Assembly (NCBI GenBank): GCA_965197525.1 | Contig: OZ240211.1 | Location: 416,001 to 480,000, forward strand | DNA from: Nitrosopumilus sp. | GTDB lineage: Archaea > Thermoproteota > Nitrososphaeria > Nitrososphaerales > Nitrosopumilaceae | Direction: 5' to 3' | Length of the DNA: 64,000 nucleotides | Shown: piece by piece, positions 50,035 to 58,991 of the stretch | Layout of the letters: the number at the start of each line of letters is the position of its first letter | Position numbering within the stretch: the first letter of the stretch is position 1 | Notes under the pieces: generated by a model | What the model saw: the letters and a program-made list of their open reading frames with translations, nothing else | Told to the model about the DNA's origin: nothing | The model's database searches: none | Program-made: the position numbers and the translations under genes

Positions 50035-50583
50035 TTAACTGACATTGATTTGAAGAGTGACCTTTTCAGATAATGCATTATGATTTGCCAAATCTTCCCA
50101 GACAAATATGTCAATAGTATATTGGCCTAGCTTGTCAGGTGTCCATGACAGTGACGAAGTAAATGTTTTGGCAGGTGCAGATTCACCACCTATCCAAGAT
50201 AGCGATACAACCACTCCCTGTTCATCTTTTATTTGAACAATATATACAAATCCTTGAGTTATGTCTTGATTGTTTGTCATAGTTGAGGATATATTCACTT
50301 GTTGATTCACATTTACATTATCAACAACAGATGCTCCCAACGCATTGACCAAATTTGTGTCGTCTATGGTTACTCGCTGTAGATCAGTTAATGCAAATGC
50401 AAGAGGAGCTACATCAATGACGCCGGTAACAGATGACATCAGCGATGGTAAAGAGAGAGATAAAGACAAGGGAGAGGTAGAGGTAGAAGATATAGAAGAG
50501 GTAGAAGGCGATAGTAATAACAATGAGGATAGAAGTACTAGTCCTGCAATTGATGCCAGTAATGGCACATTTCGAATTGGCAT
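50035..50583 (-). CDS. Secreted protein with thaumarchaeal Ig-like C-terminal domain
   Basis: Signal peptide, Ser/Leu-rich linker, then YIVQIKDEQGVVVSLSW...SWTP...YTIDIFVWE. Confidence 0.75.
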   Translation of the reverse strand: MPIRNVPLLASIAGLVLLSSLLLLSPSTSSISSTSTSPLSLSLSLPSLMSSVTGVIDVAPLAFALTDLQRVTIDDTNLVNALGASVVDNVNVNQQVNISSTMTNNQDITQGFVYIVQIKDEQGVVVSLSWIGGESAPAKTFTSSLSWTPDKLGQYTIDIFVWEDLANHNALSEKVTLQINVS

Positions 50584-50824
50584 ATTTTTTAAGATATTTT
50601 TTAGTTACTAAAGCGTTTCTGCGATAACAGAATAATTGATGGCACGTAGACGATGATTCAAAATTATACATAAATATTTCAGATAAAACAGAAACAGAGG
50701 CATTGTGTTTGGGAACAAGTACAACAGTACTTGGATTTTAGTGATCGAATCAAAATAAAAACAAGATGACAGAATTAACAACTTGGAAATTGGAGAGTAG
50801 AGTTAAATTGCAAGCATAGAAAAT

Positions 50825-52141
50825 TCAGAGTTTGACTCGATAATAATCCCATCGTTCAGGATCAAACAATGTAACAAATTCGGCCTCTTCTTTATCGACT
50901 CGTGCCCGTATAACATCACGTAATGCAAAACTTGTCAGATACTTGTACTTTAAAGAATGCGATTGGAGAACGAACATATGGCGCATCTCACTGCCGCCTT
51001 TTAATCCCCAATATCCCATCTTTAGGGCCAAGGGTTCTAAAAAGATTGTATTCTTTAGACCATGATTTTCATCATGTATCTCATCGCGTAGATTATAATT
51101 TTCTAGTGGCCCGCCTTTAGCAAATCCTACAATCTCACCATCCTTATCATTCAATCTTAATGTATTAAGAACAACACATGGATCTTTGACAGATTTGGCA
51201 AAATTTTCTCTCTCAAACTGCAGTGGTGTTGGTAGTTCCAAAAATATATCATATAGAGTCTTGATGAAATCTGGATCGTTTCGCGTAGAGGCAGATTCGA
51301 TTGTGGGGATCAGTTTAAGATCATTATACAGATAATTAGATTGAATTGTAATCTCTTGTTGTCGAATTTTCATAAACGATAACACAGTATCAAAAAAAAT
51401 TTTTTTCATATTACTTGGGAAGGAATTAAGAATTTTGAGGGTCATACTCGATTCTTTGCTTAACAACTCTTCAAAATACGCAACTGCACTTCTAACAATT
51501 AAAGAAGGTTTCCAAGCAAGTGCATGGGCGTTCATCTTTGCCATCTCCATAGATTTAGAAAAATCACCGAGAGCATAACCGCCAATTCTGTCAACTACAG
51601 ACAGATACCAACCTATATCCATAATATGCTGTTGGTATTGGAGATCATTCCGTGTCAGATCGGAATGGTTAAAAGATTTTTGAATGTGTGTCTCTGCCTC
51701 ATCTCTTACAGTACCACTCCAAGGATACGTTGTTCTTAAAATCAATACAGACAGAATATCAAGATCTATATCTGCCATATCAAGCAGACAGGATAGTTTT
51801 TTATCCATGTAGATAAATTTTAAAACACTTTCTTCGTGAGGTTTGTCCACATGTTTTTGGGGATCAAAGTCGTGAAACAACGCTGCAGCATACAAATGCT
51901 TGATGTCATTATCAGTGAATTGCATTGTGTCTGGAGTAGCAGCTAAAAGTGATACATATGTTACCTCAAGTTCATGGTTAATATTGTGATATCCATAATA
52001 CTCTGTACCAAGACCATTAGTCTCAAACAAGTCAATAGTATAGTCTAACATCTGAACATAACAGTCATTGTTTAGCTTTCTTTGTACCATTAAATTGAGA
52101 ATTTTATCTCGCATCAAATGAGTATTTACAAGTCTTTGCAC
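50825..52141 (-). CDS. HD-domain protein
   Basis: YHNINH...AALFHDFD HD motif. Confidence 0.8.
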   Translation of the reverse strand: MQRLVNTHLMRDKILNLMVQRKLNNDCYVQMLDYTIDLFETNGLGTEYYGYHNINHELEVTYVSLLAATPDTMQFTDNDIKHLYAAALFHDFDPQKHVDKPHEESVLKFIYMDKKLSCLLDMADIDLDILSVLILRTTYPWSGTVRDEAETHIQKSFNHSDLTRNDLQYQQHIMDIGWYLSVVDRIGGYALGDFSKSMEMAKMNAHALAWKPSLIVRSAVAYFEELLSKESSMTLKILNSFPSNMKKIFFDTVLSFMKIRQQEITIQSNYLYNDLKLIPTIESASTRNDPDFIKTLYDIFLELPTPLQFERENFAKSVKDPCVVLNTLRLNDKDGEIVGFAKGGPLENYNLRDEIHDENHGLKNTIFLEPLALKMGYWGLKGGSEMRHMFVLQSHSLKYKYLTSFALRDVIRARVDKEEAEFVTLFDPERWDYYRVKL

Positions 52142-52246
52142 TACAATTTAGTTAAAATTAATGTTTTTAAATATGATCACTGCAAATTTCATAAAAATCC
52201 ATACCTGCTGGAAAGATTCAAAAGAATTGTAATGAAGTGATTTTTA

Positions 52247-52666
52247 ATGTCCTTTGACGCGGATTTGTTAGAACGACTAATAGAGCATAACAGAGAAGAT
52301 TCTTCTAATTATCAGATATACATCAACGACAGCAGATATATGATAAATGATGTTAATATTGTAAATTCTCAGATACCAGTGAACAAACCCACCACTCGTG
52401 GAGGCGTATATTTTTCAGATAAATTTGCGTACAAGATGAATGGTAAGATAAGTGATCTATCAGTGGTGCCATTGTTAACAGAGCATATGTTAGGTCCCAA
52501 TACAGAGTTTGGTAAACTAAAGATTACAGTACAGATACCATTGTCGCCGTCATCGTCGCAAAAATCCACAACACTTGAGATATCAACTAATCTTATAAAC
52601 AGTGTTCAGACTAGTGATTTTATTGAACTATACATGATTATTGTAAACATAGAGTCAATTAGTTGA
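52247..52666 (+). CDS. Hypothetical protein
   Basis: 139-aa ORF. Confidence 0.65.
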   Translation: MSFDADLLERLIEHNREDSSNYQIYINDSRYMINDVNIVNSQIPVNKPTTRGGVYFSDKFAYKMNGKISDLSVVPLLTEHMLGPNTEFGKLKITVQIPLSPSSSQKSTTLEISTNLINSVQTSDFIELYMIIVNIESIS

Positions 52667-53215
52667 TTTGTAGTATTTATCATATCTTGCTCTACGCTCT
52701 TTATCTGAGAGTACCTCGTATGCCTTGTTTAATTCTGCCATATCATCCTCAGAATCTTCTTTTGTTTTATCTGGATGTGTCTTCATTGCACGTTCTCGGA
52801 ATTTTTTCTTTATCTCATCATGTGTAGCGTCAAAAGATACGCCAATTATACCATAATAGTCAGGTAGTTCTTGATTAGTTGCAGCATTACGAAATTCTTT
52901 ATCCTCTACTGTATTCTTTCTTTGACCTAATTCTTCATAGTCATCACCCCAATCTGAATGGTATTTTTCAAAGGTTCTATCTTTCTTTGATTCTAGATTA
53001 TCACCTTTATCATACGAGGTCTTTCGTCTAAATATTATGTCTCGTGCCAAAAACAGAAAGATGATTACAACTGACACTGCAAAACTTGTAAAGATGATTA
53101 CATGCTGCTCATCAGTGACTGCAAGTTCTCTATCTGGAATGTCATTTTGTGCATGAACCACAGGCAATCCCACAAACACCATTGCATAGAGCAGAAAAAT
53201 ACAGAATCGTTTCAT
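52655..53215 (-). CDS. Membrane-anchored DnaJ-domain protein
   Basis: C-terminal J domain DYYGIIG...HPDK...LNKAYEVLSD..RRARYD. Confidence 0.9.
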   Translation of the reverse strand: MKRFCIFLLYAMVFVGLPVVHAQNDIPDRELAVTDEQHVIIFTSFAVSVVIIFLFLARDIIFRRKTSYDKGDNLESKKDRTFEKYHSDWGDDYEELGQRKNTVEDKEFRNAATNQELPDYYGIIGVSFDATHDEIKKKFRERAMKTHPDKTKEDSEDDMAELNKAYEVLSDKERRARYDKYYKSTN

Positions 53216-53225
53216 CTCTTTGTAC

Positions 53226-53669
53226 CTATGATAACCTAAAGTCTTCCTTTGTGGTATTTAAAACCACATGTGTTATTGTCTTCTCCACGTTGGAGATAGA
53301 TGCCAACCCCTTTACAAATGTGCTTAGTTCATTACGACCTTTGAATTTGGCTATAATGATTGTGTCAGTGGAACCAGTAACATCGTATACGCCACAGACA
53401 TTTTCGAATTTTGATATCTCATCTTCCATCTCTATAATTGTATCATTTTTAGCTACAATCTCAATAATTGCAGTAAGAAAGTAGCCGAGTTTTTCATGAT
53501 CAACTATAGCAGCGTATCTGTGAATTATTCCCTCTTTTTCTAATTTTTTAATTCTAGACAGTATCGTAACAGTTGAGAGGCCTAGTTTTAATGCAAGTTG
53601 TCTTGCAGACTGTCTGGCATCAACTAACAGATGTTTAAGGATCTTTTGATCGATTTTATCAAGATTCAT
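53226..53669 (-). CDS. Lrp/AsnC-family transcriptional regulator
   Basis: LDKIDQKIL...DARQSARQLA...RIKKLEKEGII...YDVTGSTD. Confidence 0.92.
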   Translation of the reverse strand: MNLDKIDQKILKHLLVDARQSARQLALKLGLSTVTILSRIKKLEKEGIIHRYAAIVDHEKLGYFLTAIIEIVAKNDTIIEMEDEISKFENVCGVYDVTGSTDTIIIAKFKGRNELSTFVKGLASISNVEKTITHVVLNTTKEDFRLS

Positions 53670-53774
53670 ATCATATAATGGTAAAAAATTTATTTAAATT
53701 TTCAGGGAATTGTTGTAAAAATGTCCAAGTTTACAGGATAGCAGATTTAAAAGGTATATCATAGTAGCGATATT

Positions 53775-54002
53775 GTGACCCAAGCAGGCAAACTAGTTAA
53801 AAAAGGACATGTGCTGATGAAAGAGAACAAGTACAAAGATGCACTTGCCTGTTTTGAACAAGCGCTTCTTTTGGATCAGAGTTCAGCTGACATCTGGAAC
53901 TACAAAGGAGTTGCATTACGCAGTTTAGGCAGATACGAAGAGTCAGTAGAATGCTTTAACAGATCACTTGAAATCGACCCAAGAGACAGAGATTCATCAT
54001 GA
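53775..54002 (+). CDS. Small TPR-repeat protein
   Basis: YKDALACFEQALLLD...WNYKGVALRSLGRYEESVECFNRSLEIDP. Confidence 0.88.
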   Translation: MTQAGKLVKKGHVLMKENKYKDALACFEQALLLDQSSADIWNYKGVALRSLGRYEESVECFNRSLEIDPRDRDSS

Positions 54003-54044
54003 GGATCAATGGCGTATTAGCAGTAATTCTAAAAGAGACTGTAG

Positions 54045-54218
54045 CTAAAATAGCGTAACATCGCCTGGGGCAGGTCCCTGATTGGATTGCTTTTTACTCT
54101 CCTGTGTAAAATCAGCATGCATTAAACGCTGATGTTCTCGTAGCTTTTCAATATTGTCAAATCCTTTGTGGCACAGATAGCATTTTGGCTTGTGCTCATC
54201 AACTAGAGGCAACACCAT
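54045..54218 (-). CDS. Small C2H2 zinc-finger protein (57 aa), absent from the ORF track
   Basis: Manual translation: MVLPLVDEHKPKCYLCHKGFDNIEKLREHQRLMHADFTQESKKQSNQGPAPGDVTLF, with Cx2C-x3-F-x5-L-x2-H-x4-H. Confidence 0.75.
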   Translation of the reverse strand: MVLPLVDEHKPKCYLCHKGFDNIEKLREHQRLMHADFTQESKKQSNQGPAPGDVTLF

Positions 54219-54292
54219 ACAAATATGAACATATACTGGCTACTTAACTCTTGAGACTAAGAAATATATCATAGCGCAAAAAAAAATTACAT

Positions 54293-55390
54293 ATGTTAAA
54301 AGATCTAATAATAGACTCCCAGTCTTTAGATCGCGCAATTTCGGGAGAAGAACTATCATACAAAGACGGTTTAGAATTAATGAATTATGATAATACACAT
54401 CTATTAGGAGCGGTGGCAGATAACGCAAGAAAAAAGCTAGTAGGTGATACCGTTACGTTTGCTGCATCATACTATATGAATTACACTAACGTGTGTGCTG
54501 CGAGCTGTCAAATGTGTGCATTTTATAGAAAAGAGGGGGCCCAAGACGCTTATACATTGACACCTCAAGAGATTGTGACCAGAGTAGAGATTGCAAAACA
54601 GATGGGTGCAACAGAGGTTCATATCGTAGGAGGATTTCATCCAAAACTGCCATTAGAATATTATGAGGAGATGATGAAAGCGATTAAAAAGAGCAATTCA
54701 CAACTCAACATAAAAGCATTAACTGCAGCTGAGATATACTATTTATCAAAATTAACAAAAAATTCTACAAAAGAAATTTTATCACGCCTTAAAGATGCAG
54801 GATTAGATTCAATGCCTGGAGGAGGAGCAGAGCTGTTCCATCCAGAGATCAGAGGAAAAATAGTAAGAGGAAAATGCACAGGACAGCAATGGCTTGATGT
54901 GATTGAAGAAGCTCATAGCATGAACATAAAGAGTAATGTTACAATGCTTTATGGGCATATAGAAGAACCAAAACACATAGTCGATCACCTCATAAAAATA
55001 CGTGAACTGCAAAAAAAGACAAATGGTTTTTTAACTTTAATTCCATTGAAGTTTAGTTTAGATAATACAGAATTGGAACAAAAGGATTTGGTTAATAATG
55101 AATGTTCATCAGTATATGATTTGAAGATTATAGCGTTATCAAGATTAATGCTTGCAAATACACTAAACAATATCTCAGTATACTGGGTAGCATATGGAAA
55201 AAAGCTTGCACAGATTGCATTATCAAATGGCGGTAGCGATCTAGTTGGAACCGCATTCTCTGAGGAAATTTACCGTGCAGCAGGCAAAGCAACGTCATCG
55301 TCAATAGAGGAGCTGACAACATTAGCAAAAGAGATCAGAAGAACACCTGCTCAGCGAAGTACGCACTTTAAAATACTAAAAAAATTTTAG
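54293..55390 (+). CDS. mqnE: Radical SAM protein of the CofH/MqnC/MqnE family, probably aminofutalosine synthase
   Basis: NYTNVCAASCQMC, HIVGGFHPKLPLEYY, KALTAAEI and MPGGGAE. Confidence 0.7.
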   Translation: MLKDLIIDSQSLDRAISGEELSYKDGLELMNYDNTHLLGAVADNARKKLVGDTVTFAASYYMNYTNVCAASCQMCAFYRKEGAQDAYTLTPQEIVTRVEIAKQMGATEVHIVGGFHPKLPLEYYEEMMKAIKKSNSQLNIKALTAAEIYYLSKLTKNSTKEILSRLKDAGLDSMPGGGAELFHPEIRGKIVRGKCTGQQWLDVIEEAHSMNIKSNVTMLYGHIEEPKHIVDHLIKIRELQKKTNGFLTLIPLKFSLDNTELEQKDLVNNECSSVYDLKIIALSRLMLANTLNNISVYWVAYGKKLAQIALSNGGSDLVGTAFSEEIYRAAGKATSSSIEELTTLAKEIRRTPAQRSTHFKILKKF

Positions 55391-55721
55391 TGCGTGTAAG
55401 AGTTGTCCAAGTCATAATTTTTGAGGTCTATTTGATGTCATTTTACTTACAGCTCATGACTTTATTTGATTGGCATAATAAAATTTTGTTGCAACAAGGT
55501 AGACTGAATACGTTATCACCAAAATTATGCATAGATGATAACAGGAAGCATATAGCGCACATATTTTGCACCATTCCACTATGATAACAAAGTACAACAT
55601 GCATGTGAGAAGATATGATACTTGGGCAATTAGCTGGATACGTATAACAGCAGTAAACTTGAATGATTAGTACTGACTATACCAAAGAAATCATGCTTTG
55701 CGTCTCTCATCATCTAGATAA

Positions 55722-58634
55722 CTATAAAGCATCAAGCACGAATACTAGTGCAGTTTTAAACTCATCTACTGTGAGATCACCACTGACTACAAGAACAGCT
55801 AGTTCAACCATCATCCAATTTGGAATATCAGCATCCGGATAGTCAAGGTTTAGAGACTCTAACAGTTCAGAGTCAGATATAGATTGTGAGTCAAATCCAG
55901 CCCACATTTTGATACTATGAAGGATATCATCATCATCAGGTACAGATTCTGCATTTGACACAGATGTTGTCAGAGCTGTCGCAGTTGTTGTTGTTGTTGT
56001 TGTTGTTGCTACTGTTTCTTCTACCAACTCTGACTGCTCTGTTATCGATACTACGTTAAGCGCATCTATGATCTGTATAACAGTAGCCCTAGAATTATCA
56101 TTCCATATTCGTGCAACCAGATTGGTCAATCCCATCTCCCCATCAAACTCTATTACTGTAAGTATAGTATATTGGAAAGATTGTTCATCGTCTTGTTCTA
56201 TAGTGACTGTGGCATCAGCAATGTAGTTATGTGGATCAGTTACAGTAACACGACCATTCAAATATGTAACATACGTATCACTCAAAGTATAAGAAGTGTT
56301 GTCACCGTCTAAATTCAAAAACATTACAAAATGATCAACGCCACTAGATGAGTATGCTGTAAATGTAAGGTTAGTCTGCTGATTCAATCCAACTTGATGT
56401 GGTTGAATGGTATTTACTTTTCCGCCTAGTGCATAGCATGCACCATCTGTTACAAATGAAAAACTGAATATGATTTTACATTCCATAACTGGTTCAATTG
56501 GAGAAGATTGATCATATGATTCAAGAATATCTAGAACACTTTCTGGTATGTCGACATCAAATGAGGAAGCCTTTAATGCAGTTAGATCTACTATGGGGGG
56601 TGGTACAGAGCTACCAGATTTCTTTTTGACTGCTATAATAATACGCTTATCAGTAATTTCATCAGTAACTGCGTTAGGGGAATTTGCAGTATCAGATATG
56701 GTATTGGCTGCAATGAAGAGATGAGGACTAGAGATTGTCTGGAATGTCTCTTTTTGCTCGTCAGTTAGTGTGACGGTTATAGCACGATTTTGTGTAGTTG
56801 GCGTGGCATCAGTAAGAGTTAGACCGCCAGACGTTTCACCTTGTGATCGGATGGTAAAAGCAGAAGAACTTGTAGTAGAGGCAAGATCCTCATTGAATGT
56901 AATGATTAGTATGCCAGTCTTTGGTGTGTATTTAGCTGATAAAAATTCTGGAGGCTGGGTATCAGTAACAGAAACGCTCACTTCAACAGGCTCTGCAGAT
57001 AGTCTAGTAGTAGGACTGGTACAAGTAAAGGTTACAAGATAAGTACCTTCAACCTGAGTGTTGAGGCCTCGGTGTGTAACTTGAATGTCACGGTTAAAAT
57101 CATCACTACACGCTACAACATCTGATGGAGTAAAACTAGTGGTTCGTTCTACAACAGGATTAGAATCTATTGGGGTTATGGTAGGTGGTCTGTTACCTAC
57201 TATGACTGTCAGGGTTTTAGCACCTGGCCCATTAATGTCAGTACAAGTATAGGTTATTGCATAGGATCCTGGTTCAGATGTATCAACTGCACCATCAGAG
57301 GTAATGCTGCTGGGGTCAATGGCAACATCTTGATGATCAACACATGTAACATCAGGTTCTGTATAATCACCACTATATGGCACATGTAGAGGGTTGTTAC
57401 CTGCTATAGTGACAGTGGGTGCATTTTCAGGTTGGTTGACACGGACTATCAGAACGGCAGTACCGGCTTGACCTTTACTATCAGTACAGGTAAAAGTGAC
57501 ATGAGTATCGCCAGGGGTGCTAGTGACAATAGAACTAGTACTAGGGACTGGATCAATAGAGTCAGCATCATTATCAGTACATGTGACAGCAGGTGCAGCA
57601 TAAACACCACTGTAGGCTATTGTAAGAGGGTTAGGACCAGGGATGTTGACAATGGGTGCAGGATCATCGAGTACTGTAATGCTGACAGTGGTACTATTAC
57701 GATATGTACTGTCATTAGCTTCAAGTGTTATAGTATAGGATGTACGACTATCAACTGCAGGGGCAGTAAACACAGAGTTTTGAGTACTAGTACTAGAAAG
57801 TACACCCGTGGTATCAGGGTTAGAAGACCAGCTGTACGTCAATGAAGTTCCATCACCACCTGTATGAGAGCTAGTTAGCGTTATTGTACCGCCTTCAAAT
57901 ACAGACATGCTAGAGAGTGTTATGGAGAGAGATAATGGAGCAGGAGGAAGAGGGTTTCCAACGTTAACTAGTAGTGTTTTAGTAACAGCAGGCCAGTTGG
58001 TATACGTATGACAAGTATATGTTATTATATGGCTTGATACAGTTGAGGTATCAATTGTAGTAGGTCTAGGAGTTGTACGTAGGTCTGTAGGAGCTGAAGA
58101 ACTTGGAGAATATATACAAGCAATTTCAGGGGCTATAAAAGAATCGCCAACAGATATGTTGTGAGGATTATTAGCACTAGTGATATTAATTATAGGTTTA
58201 GAATCCACCGAAAACCTAAAGGATTGTATAGAAGAACTCTCATCATCAAATGCATATAAATCATAATGTATATCATAATAATCATCAGATACACTTGTTA
58301 AGTGCAAAGTGCTAGTAGAATTTACACCAAGCGCATCTATATCCCCAGTATAAGTAGTAGATACCCAAGTATAATTGAGATTACTGCCAGTAATATTAGA
58401 TGTAACAACAGGGGTGATTATAATTTCTCCGATATCATGGTATATGTAAAAGCGAAAATCACCACCAGAAGGGCCATGTAAGGAATGAAAATCAGGATCA
58501 GTGGCAATTGTTGGAACTGCAAATGCATGATAGAGAACCAGTCCGTTTTCATCCTCCTCGCCTACTCCGTCTAATCCTCCTAAAGCTAGCGTTACTATCA
58601 ATAATAAACTAAGAACTAGATATCTTGAGAACAT
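55722..58634 (-). CDS. Surface protein with PKD-like and DUF5011/HYR-like Ig repeats and thaumarchaeal C-terminal domain (paralog A)
   Basis: Signal peptide MFSRYLVLSLLLIVTLALGG (start trimmed to 58634), G.NPL...Y..P.VTC.D repeats, C-terminal MWAGF...IPNWM. Confidence 0.85.
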   Translation of the reverse strand: MFSRYLVLSLLLIVTLALGGLDGVGEEDENGLVLYHAFAVPTIATDPDFHSLHGPSGGDFRFYIYHDIGEIIITPVVTSNITGSNLNYTWVSTTYTGDIDALGVNSTSTLHLTSVSDDYYDIHYDLYAFDDESSSIQSFRFSVDSKPIINITSANNPHNISVGDSFIAPEIACIYSPSSSAPTDLRTTPRPTTIDTSTVSSHIITYTCHTYTNWPAVTKTLLVNVGNPLPPAPLSLSITLSSMSVFEGGTITLTSSHTGGDGTSLTYSWSSNPDTTGVLSSTSTQNSVFTAPAVDSRTSYTITLEANDSTYRNSTTVSITVLDDPAPIVNIPGPNPLTIAYSGVYAAPAVTCTDNDADSIDPVPSTSSIVTSTPGDTHVTFTCTDSKGQAGTAVLIVRVNQPENAPTVTIAGNNPLHVPYSGDYTEPDVTCVDHQDVAIDPSSITSDGAVDTSEPGSYAITYTCTDINGPGAKTLTVIVGNRPPTITPIDSNPVVERTTSFTPSDVVACSDDFNRDIQVTHRGLNTQVEGTYLVTFTCTSPTTRLSAEPVEVSVSVTDTQPPEFLSAKYTPKTGILIITFNEDLASTTSSSAFTIRSQGETSGGLTLTDATPTTQNRAITVTLTDEQKETFQTISSPHLFIAANTISDTANSPNAVTDEITDKRIIIAVKKKSGSSVPPPIVDLTALKASSFDVDIPESVLDILESYDQSSPIEPVMECKIIFSFSFVTDGACYALGGKVNTIQPHQVGLNQQTNLTFTAYSSSGVDHFVMFLNLDGDNTSYTLSDTYVTYLNGRVTVTDPHNYIADATVTIEQDDEQSFQYTILTVIEFDGEMGLTNLVARIWNDNSRATVIQIIDALNVVSITEQSELVEETVATTTTTTTTATALTTSVSNAESVPDDDDILHSIKMWAGFDSQSISDSELLESLNLDYPDADIPNWMMVELAVLVVSGDLTVDEFKTALVFVLDAL

Positions 58635-58991
58635 CTTATAAACATAGAACTTACTTGTATTAAAATCATCCGAAGTGAATAAAATTAACAAACGCGTTAA
58701 AAACTCTGCATGCATGTAAAAACATCCTCGTCGTAGTCTAGATGATGGATCGAGTCTTTTTTGCGGACAAGGGCAAGCAACAAGGCGTGCCTGAGGCGCA
58801 GCCTGCATCTGTTTCCGGGATCTGATGCCCTGGGTGTATCGTCGTGGAATAGAGGCATCTCGCCTGAGGCAGTCACATACGCCTGTTCGGAATGCAGGAG
58901 ACGATGATTTACACAAGGATGGGATGGTAAAGGGACGACGATGACCAGAAATTGGCTGTACAGAAACTTATGCGCATTGCTATATGTTCGT

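Noticed and set aside
58635-58916. 94-aa N-terminal extension of surface protein A (and 45 aa for B)
   Set aside because: The paralogs align only from the shared signal peptide, so the extensions are upstream read-through.
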